From NCBI GenBank assembly GCA_951406725.2, contig OX597816.1, positions 11,780,001 to 11,844,000 on the forward strand: DNA of 64,000 nucleotides, given 5' to 3'. The notes beneath the pieces are model-generated. The model did not search any database. It was not told where the DNA came from and saw only the letters and a list, made by a program, of their open reading frames with translations. A program made the translations under genes and the position numbers. This DNA is from Octopus vulgaris (Eukaryota). Shown here one piece after another: positions 12,561-25,640 of this stretch. Positions within the stretch are counted from its first letter, which is position 1. Every line of letters starts with the position of its first letter.

Positions 12561-12978
12561 TACACAGTCTGTCTCTTAACAATGGAACAATAGCTTCTGT
12601 GTTGCGTCTCTTTGTTACTGGAAGCTACAACTCTAGACACGGGGCATTGGTAAAAATATGAGGAATTCGAAAAGAAAAGATCCTTGTATGATAGATTGCA
12701 AATGAAAGAAGAATTCATATTTTACAGATGCAATACAAAATCTTTGCTTCAGGTGATGCTAGGTTATTGAAAATATCTTCATCCTTTGAAAATGCTGTGT
12801 CATTCATAATAGGAACGTTTGAAATGCGAATCATAAAGAATATGAATTGTCTTATCTTTTAAGTATGATTCATCCATTCTTATTCTTTGATGCAAAATAC
12901 TGATGCAGGGAATTACACCACGTGCACACATACACACACATAGATGTATGTACATATGTGTGTGTATCTCTCTCTCTA

Positions 12979-13049
<71 letters not shown>

Positions 13050-13593
13050 ATATATATCATCATTGTCATCATTGTTTAACGTCTGCTTTCCATGCTAGCA
13101 TGGGTTGGACGATTTTGACTGAGGACTGGTGAACCAGATGGCTGTACCAGGCTTCAGTCTTGATCTGGTAGAGTTTCTACAGCTGGATGCCCTTCCTAAC
13201 GCCAACCACACCAAGAGTGTAGTGGGTGCTTTTTACTTGCCACCGGCACGGGGGCCAGTCAGTCAGTACTGGCAACGACCTCGCTCGAATCTTTTTACAC
13301 AGATATAGATAGATAGATTAATAGATGACATGAAAGATTGTCTGATAGTACACTCCATGTTATCCAAGCTCATCCAACGATCATATTATCAGAAGCATGA
13401 AACTTATGGTAGCTCAGATTTAAATTTTGTGTATATCAAATGGTAATTATCTCTCGCTTGATGAAGTACATTTTCTTGATCACACCAATAATTGAATAGT
13501 TTGAAAAGTGCAATATATATAGCTATGTCTCTCTCTCTCTATATCTCGCTCTCTCTCTCTCGCTCTCTCTCTCTCGCTCTCTCTCTCTCTCTG

Positions 13594-13646
<53 letters not shown>

Positions 13647-14331
13647 ATATATATATATATATATGTGTGTGTATATATATATATATATGTGCATGTGTGT
13701 GTATATATATTTGTATATGTGTGTGTATATATATACATATTGATATGTGTGTGCATATATATATATTTATATATGTGAGTGCGTGTATATATATATAAAT
13801 ACATATTCACATATTTGAATACTTTTTAGACATATTTTCAAAAATATAAATATATATATGGACTTCTCCAGATTGTTTTATATACCTTTATATATTAAAA
13901 AAAAAACACATTGAATTTTATGCATCTTTTAATTAAAACTCTTAAATGCTCCTAATTTTAGTACAAAGAATTTTCATTAGTTCTCTTTTTCTTACTTCTT
14001 TCCATAATTATTCAGTCCACCCCAGGGTTTTATTTATATGTATTTTTGTGTACATTTATATTTTTGAAAATATTAAAAAAATATTCATAAATGTCGATAT
14101 GTACTTATATATATATATATCATCATCATCATCATCATCATCGTTTAACGTCCGTTCTCCATGCTAGCATGGGTTGGACGGTTCGACCAGGGATCTGGGA
14201 AGCCAGAAGGCTGCACCAGGCTCCAGTCTTATCTGGCAATGTTTCTACAGCTGGATGCCCTTCCTAACGCCAACCACTCCGTGAGTGTAGTGGGTGCTTT
14301 TTACGTGCCACCTGCACAGGTGCAATTTACG

Positions 14332-14370
<39 letters not shown>

Positions 14371-14394
14371 TTTTAAGACAACTTTATAACTGTA

Positions 14395-14790
14395 CTAGCA
14401 GTATCGCCCGGCGTTGCTCGGGTTTGTAAGGGAAATAACTATATAAGCATTTTTAGAGAGTTATAGCCAAAAAATAGGAAAAAAATGCATTAAAAATGGA
14501 AAAAAAATTAAGGTAAATTTCTTTTTAAATCGTTGACACATCGTAGATATTTTTAGAGAGTTACTTCCCTTATATAATAGCGAAAAAAATGCATTAAAAT
14601 GGAAAAATATGATGGTAAATTTTTTTAAAATCGTAGACTCATCGTAGACGCGCGCTAATACCCAGAAGGGCTCGATATGACTCATGACTATAAGATACCC
14701 GGTTTTGGTTACACTGCACCGCAAAATGTGGGAGTAGTTACGAATCTAAATCGTAGGAGACAGACACACAACTTCAGTTTTATATATAGA
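14395..14790 (-). mobile_element. Non-autonomous Helitron
   Basis: Minus strand: A|TCtatatataaaactgaag ... cccgagcaacgccggg (3' hairpin) cgatactgCTAG|T. Canonical TC and CTAG ends in an AT target. Confidence 0.85.
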
Positions 14791-14900
14791 TATGTCACGT
14801 AGTTATATACACATACTTTGTTATATACACATTCTTAAAAGAAAATGTTATTTTGAATACAACATTTATAAAGAATAAAATATTTTTTGGTTTTTCTTAA

Positions 14901-15520
14901 CCCTTTCGTTACTATATTTCTGACCAAAATACACCCCTTATGTGTTTCAATTAATTTCTAACGTAATCATAAATTTAGTCTGGTTTCATTAAACAACAAT
15001 AACTTTTTTATTTATCGATATATTAATGTGATTTTTGGAAGATAATTTAATGAAATGTCCTCAACCAATTCTATACTATAATTTTTGTCACAAAGTGACT
15101 CTAATTGCAGGTAGATACAGGTAAATTCAACAATATATAAAATTATTAAAATGTTGTTCAAACATTGCTATAGAAAATGGGTTATTAGCTAATATTCAAT
15201 TGGGTATACAACAAAATTTTACGATAGAATTTGTTATTCTGGGTAACTTTCTGATACCCATAATAATATTTATGGCAAAATAGGCCTTAATTTCATTTAA
15301 GGTTGTGGGAAATAACAAACTATCCTTTCTTTCGCTTTGTTTACGTTTAGCGTAACGGTTCGTTTCCGCTGTAATGATTTCAAATAGGCTCATTCGAAAA
15401 AGTAAAAAGAAATAGTTTAAGGCTTTACTCTTCTGGGAAAGTCTGTGGCTTGGTGCAGTTTCTTCAGAAAAATCACCGAAAGAAACAGTTTTTAAATTTT
15501 CACTCCATTCAGGTGCCAAT
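14901..15520 (-). pseudogene. Internally deleted piggyBac: transposase fragment plus one terminus
   Basis: ORF 15196-15519 YFFLLFRMSLFEIITAETNRYA...PTTLNEIKAYFAINIIMGIRKLP is the PGBD/piggyBac N-terminal motif. TTAA|CCCTTT terminus at 14897-14906. Confidence 0.75.
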
Positions 15521-15689
15521 TCATTTTCTTAATCGCTGTCGGATTCACTGTTTTCACTTTAATAGCTGCAAACTTGCAAAGACAAAGGAGGAGAAGGGTG
15601 ATAGCGTCAGTGAAACAGTTCGCTCCGTTTGTGTGTGTGTGCGTTTGCGTGTGCTGTAGCTCACACTAAGAAAAACATTTGACATATAC

Positions 15690-15876
15690 ACCAGAATGTG
15701 AGTTTTCTCTAAATTTTGCTTAATTGGGGTTGAAATTTTAAAAACTGGACCTGGCACGACCCGATGCATTCTACTCTTAAAAATGCTAGGTAAATTGTAA
15801 TTGAAGAAATCCTATATTGTAGATTTCTATAAGATACAAAGGGAGGCAGATAAAATCTGCCTTTTATAATAAGAGA
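15690..15876 (-). mobile_element. Probable Helitron 5' end
   Basis: Minus strand begins A|TCtcttattataaaaggcag, the same style as the other Helitron 5' ends. No dedicated CTAG/hairpin end seen before 14395. Confidence 0.45.
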
Positions 15877-16076
15877 TAAGCATGAATAATAGGTTGATTG
15901 CCTATTTTGAGCTTATATCTTAATTCCTGTCTTTTGTCTCGAGTTCGACCCGAGCTCTTCTTAAGCAGTTCTATATATTTTGTAAGAAAGAATAATAATA
16001 TTATATGTATATAAGAATTTTTTGCATAAGGAGATAAAAAACCAAGGCTGTATAGATATTAGAGCATTTATAGATA

Positions 16077-16130
16077 GGTCTTACAGTTGTTTCTAGGATA
16101 TTAATTAATTATATCCCTTCATCGGCGATG
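16077..16130 (-). ncRNA. Decayed hammerhead-like motif
   Basis: Minus strand: CCGATGA agggatat aattaatta atatcct a GAAA CAACTG T A agacc. Stem II is good, stem I does not pair. Confidence 0.4.
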
Positions 16131-16324
16131 GTGTGAGAGGATAGTTAAGTCATAGTTAATTTGGGTATCAATGACACCATTATCTCTTATAACCTCAACT
16201 TCTCGCTAATACATATATATATATATATATATTTATGTGTAGGTCCCGGGTTGATTCGGGGTTAACCACAGTAAGTAAGGTACTCAATACATAGCAGAGT
16301 AAAATTAATTTATTATATAGAAGG

Positions 16325-16375
16325 AGCTTCTACAGGACTAGTACTGTTTCATTCAAGAGAAATCTTCAGGAAGCT
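16325..16375 (-). ncRNA. Type-I hammerhead ribozyme, left-arm copy
   Basis: Reverse complement of 20011-20061. Confidence 0.8.
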
Positions 16376-16822
16376 ATTTAACAAGAATTGTATTAGCATT
16401 TATACATTTAGGCAGGTTTAAAGGAGTGGTGGTGGGGGACTTTTTGGGGGTAGGCATAGCGCAAAATATCATACTTGGGGGAGTGGTCAAGGAGTCAGTG
16501 GTAAGTTAGATGAAAGAATAGATAAATAAAAAAAATAAAAAAATAGATAAATAAAAAAATAAAAAAATAAATAAAAAAATAAAAAAATAAAAATGAAAAA
16601 TAAAAAGATAAAATAAAAGAATAAAAAATAAAAAATATAAAAAATATATATAAAAAAAATATATATATAAAATATATATATATAAAAAAATATATATATA
16701 AAAAAAATATATATATAAAAAAAGGGGGGGATAGAGTTATAGGTAAATAAGGAGATTCTCACTTATACCTATACACACATGTATACGTATCTACACACAC
16801 ATACACACATACACATATATAT

Positions 16823-16877
<55 letters not shown>

Positions 16878-17293
16878 CCTACACATACACACATACATAC
16901 ATACAAATTTACATATACATATATATATATATACACAATCCAATACAGGCTCATTCCCTAATTTTAATTTTATTATCTTCATTTATTACTTTTGTTATCT
17001 TTGATCGCTAGGGCTAAGAATCCTGGCAGTGGCTGCCTGTCCATTTGTCTGTCTACTAGAAGGCAAGTACTCATTCCCGCACGCACACTCATTAGCACGT
17101 ACATTCACCCATTCGTACACTCATACACATACACGTACGCACGCGTTATATTCATACATACAAACATCTACATACGTTCACGTATATACACATACGTACT
17201 CGTACCTACAGATTCGTGTCTACACTTTAGGAGGCTAGTCTATACATATACACCAATAAATATACATATATATATATATACCCGCATATACAT

Positions 17294-17343
<50 letters not shown>

Positions 17344-17738
17344 ATATATATATATGTATGTGCTTGTATGTGTGTGTGTGTGTATATGTGTATATGTGTT
17401 TGTATGTATATGTGTATATATGTATATGCATATGTATGTGTAAATGTATGTGCTTATGTATGTGTATGTATGTATAAAATATTATATAATTAGGGCTTAG
17501 GAAAATAAAATAAATTACTTTGCCACATACTAAACTTTCTAGAAATAGCAGCCAATAAAGTTTTTTAGCCTCTTCCACTACTTAGAGAATTTTTTCCCTC
17601 TAACATTGTTTACTCAAAATAATAATGGTCCCTTTACATACTGAACACTTGATGAAATTGATTAATAACTAATTAACTTTACCCTCCCTTGTTGATATAT
17701 ATATACATATGTATATGTGTACATGTATGTATATATGC

Positions 17739-17784
<46 letters not shown>

Positions 17785-18059
17785 ATGTGTGTATGTATGT
17801 ATTTGTATATGTGTGTGTGTATATGTATGTGTGCGCGTGTGTGTGTATGTTTGTGTATGTATACTTGTATATGTATATGCATGAATGTATATATATGTGT
17901 GTGTATATGTGTATTATGTATGTATTTATATAGATATGTAGTTTATATATATATATGTATGTATATGCATCTGTCTGTGTGTGTGTATGTGTATATATGC
18001 GTATCATTTTTGCGTATGTATACATGTATATGTGTATATGTATGTGTGTGTGTGTGTGT

Positions 18060-18090
<31 letters not shown>

Positions 18091-18308
18091 TATATATGTG
18101 TATGTATATATATGTATATGCATACATATGTGTATGTACAGGTATATATGTATGTGTGTATATGTATATATGTTTATATATGTGAGTATGTAGTAATATA
18201 AGTATATGCATGTGTATGTATGGGTATGTGTATCAGTGTATATGTATATATGTATGTGTGTGTGTATGTATATGTATGTATATGTGTATATATGTATGTG
18301 TATATGTG

Positions 18309-18339
<31 letters not shown>

Positions 18340-18472
18340 GTGTGTATATGTGTGTACGTATGTGTATGTGTATGTATGTGTATGTATGTCTATATATGTA
18401 TATATATATGTATGTGTATATATATATGTGTGTATATGTATATATATATATATATGTATGTGTATGTATATG

Positions 18473-18503
<31 letters not shown>

Positions 18504-18785
18504 GAGTGCGTGTGTGTATGTATGCATATATGTATGTATGCATGTATATGTGTATGTATATATATGTGTGTAAGTGTGTGCATATATGTATTTGTAAGTA
18601 TGTGTGCGCGTATGAGTATGTATGTATGCTTGCACACGTGTATATATATATGTGTGTGTGTGTATATATATGGATGCGCGTGCGTGTGTGCACGTGTATG
18701 GGTACGCATGTATATGTGTATGTGTGTGTATGCGTATACGTGTATGTATGTATGTGTGTGCGTAGATTTGTATATGTATGTGTGA

Positions 18786-18822
<37 letters not shown>

Positions 18823-19010
18823 TATATATAGATGGGTGTGTGTATGCGTATAAATGCATGTAAGTATGGATGTATGGATGTATGTATGTATGTATGTATA
18901 CGTATGTATGTGTGTATGTGTGTATGTATATATATGTGTGTGTATATATGTTTGTGTATGTATATATATGTGTATGTATGTGTGCGTATATGTATGTGTG
19001 TAGGTGTATG

Positions 19011-19064
<54 letters not shown>

Positions 19065-19521
19065 GGTATGTATCTGTATGTAGGAGTATATATGTGTGTG
19101 TGTGTATGTATGTGCGGGTATATATATATATATGTATATTTATTGGTGTATATGTATAGACTAGCCTCCTAAAGTGTAGACACGAATCTGTAGGTACGAG
19201 TACGTATGTGTATATACGTGAACGTATGTAGATGTTTGTATGTATGAATATAACGCGTGCGTACGTGTATGTGTATGAGTGTACGAATGGGTGAATGTAC
19301 GTGCTAATGAGTGTGCGTGCGGGAATGAGTACTTGCCTTCTAGTAGACAGACAAATGGACAGGCAGCCACTGCCAGGATTCTTAGCCCTAGCGATCAAAG
19401 ATAACAAAAGTAATAAATGAAGATAATAAAATTAAAATTAGGGAATGAGCCTGTATTGGATTGTGTATATATATATATATGTATATGTAAATTTGTATGT
19501 ATGTATGTGTGTATGTGTAGG

Positions 19522-19572
<51 letters not shown>

Positions 19573-20010
19573 ATATATATGTGTATGTGTGTATGTGTGT
19601 GTAGATACGTATACATGTGTGTATAGGTATAAGTGAGAATCTCCTTATTTACCTATAACTCTATCCCCCCCTTTTTTTATATATATATTTTTTTTATATA
19701 TATATTTTTTTATATATATATATTTTATATATATATTTTTTTTATATATATTTTTTATATTTTTTATTTTTTATTCTTTTATTTTATCTTTTTATTTTTC
19801 ATTTTTATTTTTTTATTTTTTTATTTATTTTTTTATTTTTTTATTTATCTATTTTTTTTTTTATTTATCTATTCTTTCAACTTACCACTGACTCCTTGAC
19901 CACTCCCCCAAGTATGATATTTTGCGCTATGCCTACCCCCAAAAAGTCCCCCACCACCACTCCTTTAAACCTGCCTAAATGTATAAATGCTAATACAATT
20001 CTTGTTAAAT

Positions 20011-20061
20011 AGCTTCCTGAAGATTTCTCTTGAATGAAACAGTACTAGTCCTGTAGAAGCT
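20011..20061 (+). ncRNA. Type-I hammerhead ribozyme, canonical core, GUA cleavage site
   Basis: agcttc CTGAAGA tttc tctt gaat GAAA cag tactagtc ctg T A gaagct. Stem I is 6 bp and stem III is 4 bp with a palindrome-containing loop (ACTAGT). Predicted cut after A20055. Confidence 0.8.
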
Positions 20062-20330
20062 CCTTCTATATAATAAATATATATATATTTATATATATAT
20101 GTACACATACACATACTTACAGTAGTACCTCAGTTTTCAAACACCTCTGATTGGAGGGGTTGGCGTTTGGGTAGGTATCCCACCATAGAAAACCATGCCA
20201 AATCAGACTAGATCTTGGTGCAGCCACCTATAGTGCCAGCCCAGTCAAACTGTCCAACCCATACCAGCATGGACAACGGACATTAAATGATGATGATATC
20301 TATTGTGACTACATAACTAATTTCCCGTTT

Positions 20331-22314
20331 CAATTCATCAAGAAACAAAAACACAGCCCTAACTTCAACAAAAGAGAATGGAACGACCTCATCAAACTAA
20401 GAGAAGACAAAACAATAACAATTAAGGAGGCAGATAAGGGCAACGCGATAGTAATAATGAATACAAACAATTATAAAAATTTAGTGCTATCCCTATTAAG
20501 AGATGAAACGTATTATGAAAGGGCCCAACAGTATAACCAGCAAAAAATAATGCATAACCTTAGGACATTAATCAACACATACCAAGAAGGACTCACGAAC
20601 AAGGAGTATGAATACATCACTAACTTCAAATGCAAATCGAGTTTGTTCTATGGTATCCCTAAGGTACACAAAAGCCAAACCATTAGAGAAACGTGCAAAA
20701 CATCCACCGACACTCTCATCAAAATCCCTTCACCAAATGATCTTAAACTAAGACCGATAATAGCAGGGCCAGCATGTGAAACTCACCGCCTCAGCAATTT
20801 CTTAGACACACTTCTTAAACCTTTCCTAAAACACATCAAAAGCTACGTAAGAGACGATATAGATATGCTCAACCACCTCCTAAAACAGTCAATGAGAAAA
20901 CCCTTCTAGTATCATTCGACGTAGTTAATCTTTATTATAACATCCCTCACAACCTAGGAATAGAAGCGATCACCTTCTGGCTGAATAACTACCCCTTTGA
21001 ACTCCCAACTCGCATAAACAAAGACCTTATAATAGAAGGACTTAGATTCATTTTAGAGAACAATTATTTTATTTTTGACAATGATTTCTACAGGCAAAGA
21101 TCGGGAACAACGATGGGCACGCGTACTGCACCATCTTTTGCCAACCTAGTGATGGGATACCTCGAGAAAATACTATACCAGATGACACTCGAGAAATATG
21201 GAAACACCTTCGCCACCTATATCCATAACAACTGGAAAAGATACCTCGATGACTGTTTCATCATCTGGGACAAAGGCATAGAGAAACTTGAGGAATTTAA
21301 AATTCTATTAAATGGAATAAATGACAATATACAATTCACGATGGACCACAACGAAAAGAATTACCATTTTTAGACATCCTCATTAAGAAAACCGGCAACA
21401 AAATAGAGACAGATATCTACTATAAACCGACAGACTCTAAACAGTACCTACCCTTTGATTCATGCCACCCACGACACACTAGAATGAATGTCCCTTTTTG
21501 TTTAGCTAGAAGGATTTGCACCATAATATCAGACACAAACACCCGACACACACGTCTCCAGGAACTTAGAACCACACTCACAAATAGAAACTATCCACAG
21601 CCCCTAATAGACAGTGCAATCCAACGGGTACTTAAATTAAGTATAGAAGACCTGAGACAAACAAAACCAAAAAAGAAAGAACAATTAAAAACCCTTCCCT
21701 ACATCTCTACACACAACCCACTCAACAATGAGGCCTTCAACACCATACTACAAAGCACAGCCCTACTAAAGGGAGACCCAAAGATGAACCGGATCCTCGA
21801 AACACACACCATCATTAAAAGTAAACGGCAACCAAAATCCTTGAAAAGGATTTTAACCCAAGCTACACTGCACTCAACATTAACCACAAAACCAGCAGTT
21901 AGAAAATGTGGAAGGCCCAACTGCGGAATCTGTGTCATCTTGAAAGAAGGATCAGAATTTATACTGGAACAAGGCCACCAGTTCACCATTAGAACAAACT
22001 TCACCTGCGCATCAGAAAACTTAATTTACGTCATAACATGCGCAGACTGCAATAGGCAGTATATAGGCCATGCAAAAAATAGCTTACGTAACAGGATGGC
22101 GGTGCATAAATCACAAATTAGAAACCCTGATTACCGCAAAATACTGGTCAGCGGACACATAGATAGATGTGCTGGAAATGTAAATCCGAAATTTACAACT
22201 AACCCGCTCTATAAATTCAGTGACAACGCAACCTTCACACAACGCCAAAATAAAGAACTATATTTCATAAAAAAATTTAGACCAAGTTTAAACACCCTGG
22301 GCCAGGAATACTAA
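20331..22314 (+). pseudogene. Penelope-type reverse transcriptase + GIY-YIG endonuclease, frameshifts near 20880 and 21355
   Basis: IKEADKGNAIVIM, FYGIPKVHK, LRPII, LVSFDVVNLY, GTTMGTRTAPSFANLVMG, WKRYLDDCF, PFLD, YYKPT, SCHP, Cys linker CGRPNCGIC, and NLIYVITC..C..QYIG with R...H and E...I...LN. Confidence 0.92.
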
Positions 22315-22479
22315 AACAAAAGATAAGTCCTCCGAAAAGGAGAAGCAAAATTCCACCACGGCCGCTACTTCAAACAGACACTCACTCTGACGGAAATATG
22401 CCTTAGTAAAAAAGGAAAAAATTCTTTCGTGCAAATCTGACCCTGATACATACGATACAGCTAAGGGTCAGACCCGATT

Positions 22480-22880
22480 CTGATTGGTCAACAAGTTGAT
22501 GACGTCTAGCTCTGCTAGAATGGACAGGATACAAACAGGGGACAGTCATTAGTCAGAATATTGATGACGTCCTTTTCTGCTTGAATAGTCACCTAACAAG
22601 TACAGACAGGGGGCAGATCTAATGTAGCTATAAGTCGTGATTGGGCAGAATCTGGATGACGTCCCGCTCTGCTTGACTAACGAAGCGACTGGTCAAAACA
22701 GGAAACAAACAAGAGGCAGATATAATGCAGCGATTGGTCAAAATAATGATGACGTCCCGTTCTACTTGATTAAAGCCACCTAACGAAACGATTGGTCAAA
22801 ACATTGATGACGTCACGCTACGCTAGATTGACCACCTAACAGGCATTATAAAACCGAGCATTTCACAAAAACTCACTAGA
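22480..22880 (+). promoter_or_regulatory. Pseudo-LTR Pol II promoter: five ATT(G/A)G-N10-GATGACGTC modules, TATA box and Inr-like site
   Basis: TGACGTC at 22500, 22565, 22657, 22750 and 22808 (the last is a perfect TGACGTCA). TATAAAA at 22847 and TCACTA at 22873. Confidence 0.7.
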
Positions 22881-23175
22881 ACCACCCAGCGAACTTCCAC
22901 CATGGGTCATCACAGTTGCTTAAGGTAAAAATGAATTCCTCGCTCTTTCGGAAACATCAATCTTCTGTATTGACCGCTTTCCACCACTTTGATCTGTTTT
23001 TTGTATTGAATACGTATCGCCACCGTGGGCCACTGCATCGAACACTTTGAACATATACTTCAAACTATATATCAACTATACATGAACTATATATCAACTA
23101 TACATGAACTCTAAGATGTCTGACTCCGTTGTGTATTATAAATGAATTTCTTGTGTTTGACGGCATGAGCTGTCT

Positions 23176-23247
23176 TTTTTTATATATAACTTTTTTTGAT
23201 AAGGTTCATTTCAGGAACTGAAACATGTTATAATGTATATATAAAAA
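23176..23247 (+). ncRNA. Pseudo-LTR hammerhead, U3-A8 core variant
   Basis: TTGATAA ggttc atttcag gaact GAAA CATG T T ataat. Stem III is palindromic ACATGT. Stem I is AU-rich and imperfect. Confidence 0.55.
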
Positions 23248-23292
23248 TTAAAAATTGTATAATACAGCAGCATTTTCGAACTTCATTTTTTT

Positions 23293-23339
<47 letters not shown>

Positions 23340-23343
<4 letters not shown>

Positions 23344-23597
23344 TAAATTAGAGATAAAACCACTATTAGGCAAATCATACAATGAAAAACTTAAGCCAAT
23401 ACATAAGATTAATTAATTTATATTATTTTAAATATATATCAAAATTATTAAAAAAAGATAATTAGTGTTATACTAATTATCTTTTTTTAATAATTTTGAT
23501 ATATATTTAAAATAATATAAATTAATTAATCTTATGTATTGGCTTAAGTTTTTCATTGTATGATTTGCCCAATAGTGGTTTTATCTCTAATTTAATA
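23340..23597. repeat. Near-perfect AT-rich hairpin, arms about 125 bp
   Basis: tattaaattagagataaaaccactatt...gataattagt gttat actaattatc...aatagtggttttatctctaatttaata. A diverged partial third copy lies at 23755-23815. Confidence 0.92.
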
Positions 23598-23673
23598 TTA
23601 TATAATATTTTACTATAAAATTGGATTCAATCCTAAATCTGATTTTTCCCTGTAAGTTTGGATTTATTCCCTA

Positions 23674-23750
<77 letters not shown>

Positions 23751-24359
23751 ATTCGAGACAAAACCACTATTATGCAAATCAAACAAAGAAAGACTTAATC
23801 CAATACATAAAAAATTTTATATATATATATATATGCATATTCTCTGTTATATAATTAATGTGCAAGTCAACCTACAAACGTATGCCAACTTTAATTGAGA
23901 AGCGAAGACTTTATCAGGTAAACTTATACAGATTAGTAGTATTAGCTTATCTTCATTATCTTCATTAAATATCATTAGTTGTACTTCAATCCAAGCTGAA
24001 ATATATTCTGCTTAATATGAAGTGGATTAGTTATATAATAATACTTATCAAGATTAATCGTAATATTAGAACAGCCACTAATATGCAGGAATGGAATAAT
24101 TGTTGAACAATAATCTGGTTTAGAAATATCTGAAATATTCATAATACCAGACTGGCACAATTTTATTCGGTAGTCATTTATATAGAACAGATGTGAGATA
24201 AAACTTTAGGTTTAGCAATAGAAAGAAGATAGATGTAATAATATACAGGAGAAAAAAATGCTCTTTGATAAGAATGCAGCATTAGTCAAAAAATTCAATC
24301 CAAAAAGTTAATTGACAAAGGCACAGATTCATTTGATATACATGACTTCTTGTGATCAC

Positions 24360-24717
24360 TTCTAATATAATATCAAGCATAGAATTTTCGTATATTTGTG
24401 TATATATATATATATTTATCCAGAATCACCCCGGATGTAGAGGAGGAGAGAAAATAGTAATTCAGTGAAGGAAAAGTAGTGAGAGTAATAACCCTGACTG
24501 AGAGGGAGTGAGAGAAAGAAGATCACAAATGCTTGTGATCACTTCACCTCTACTTATGAAAACAAGTCACTTCATTTCATCTCAGTCTTTATTGTAACAA
24601 TGGTTTAGGTGTATCTAATAATGCTTGTGAACCCAAATGAAATAGAGTTGGGAAGAATATAATTAATTTCTCTGGTTCTTCTAATATAATATCAAACATA
24701 GTGTTTTTATATATTTG

Positions 24718-24776
<59 letters not shown>

Positions 24777-24872
24777 AGAATCCCACCGGATGTGGAGGAG
24801 AAGAGAAAATAGTAATTCAGTGAAGGAGAAGTAGTGAGAGTAATAGCCCTGACTGAGAGGGAGTGAGAGAAA
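24360..24872 (+). repeat. Diverged direct duplication of about 170 bp
   Basis: 24360-24518 vs 24678-24872 (ttctaatataatatcaa...ccctgactgagagggagtgagagaaag), with different (TA)n lengths. Confidence 0.8.
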
Positions 24873-24955
24873 GTAATAGCAATGAGAGAAAGGAAGGGGT
24901 GATAGATGAATGAAGAAGGAAGGGGTGGAAAAAAATCAGCATTTCAACTCTGTGA

Positions 24956-25005
<50 letters not shown>

Positions 25006-25254
25006 AAGGGAAGTATGTGAATGTTTGTATGTGTGATTATTATGTACCTTATTTTGTACTTTATTTATACATAAAATACTACAATTTGCTGTCATTCTTT
25101 TCTACTCTAGGACCTAACAGATCAGATTCCTGGCTTTGAACTAACAGGATGTCATGCAGAGGATCTTGAAAATGACACTCTCCGTAGTCCACTTCAGCAA
25201 TTCTCTTGGTATAACATAATGAAGTTTGGATGTGAGAGAGAAACAGAGACAAAG

Positions 25255-25640
25255 ACGTTCTGAGTTCAAATTCCGCCGAGGTCGACTGCCTTTCATCCTT
25301 TCAGGGTCGATAAATTAAGTACCAGTTATGCCCTGGGGTCGATGTAATCGACTTAATCCCTTTGTCTGTCCTTGTTTGTCCCCTCTATGTTTAGCCCCTT
25401 GTGGGCAATAAAGAAATAAGAAACATTAGCACGTCGGGCGAAATGCTTAGCGTCATTTCATCTGCCGTTACGTTCTGAGTTCAAATTCCGCTGAGGTCGA
25501 CTTTGCCTTTCATCCTTTCGGGGGGTCAATAAATTAAGTACCAGTTACGCACTGGGGTTGATGTAATCGACTTAATCCCTTTGTCTGTCCTTGTTTGTCC
25601 CCTCTATGTTTAGCCCCTTGTGGACAATAAAGAAATAAGA
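25255..25640 (+). mobile_element. Tandem dimer of SINE family M
   Basis: Two head-to-tail units joined at ...aaagaaataagaaacattagcacg... Confidence 0.8.

Larger units (their letters stand above)
16308..20078. repeat. Large inverted duplication: arms about 1 kb (16308-~17310 and ~19090-20078) around a microsatellite-rich spacer of about 1.8 kb
   Basis: Identical pseudo-ORFs on opposite strands (16992+ vs 19407-; 16762- vs 19633+). Visible differences between arms are (TA)n lengths and small indels. Confidence 0.95.
20331..23290 (+). mobile_element. Penelope-like retroelement (Neptune-type), 5'-truncated, with 3' pseudo-LTR ending at (TA)n
   Basis: RT-GIY-YIG ORF, about 1 kb of 3' region with promoter motifs and a hammerhead, then a (TA)n tract. 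Confidence 0.9.

Noticed and set aside
18004-19407. 467-aa ORF and the many overlapping Y/I/H/T/C/V-rich ORFs (also at 12022-12661, 27363-27882, 33356-33885 and 39883-40306)
   Set aside because: These are translations of (TA)n/(CA)n/(TACA)n microsatellites, which lack stop codons in most frames.
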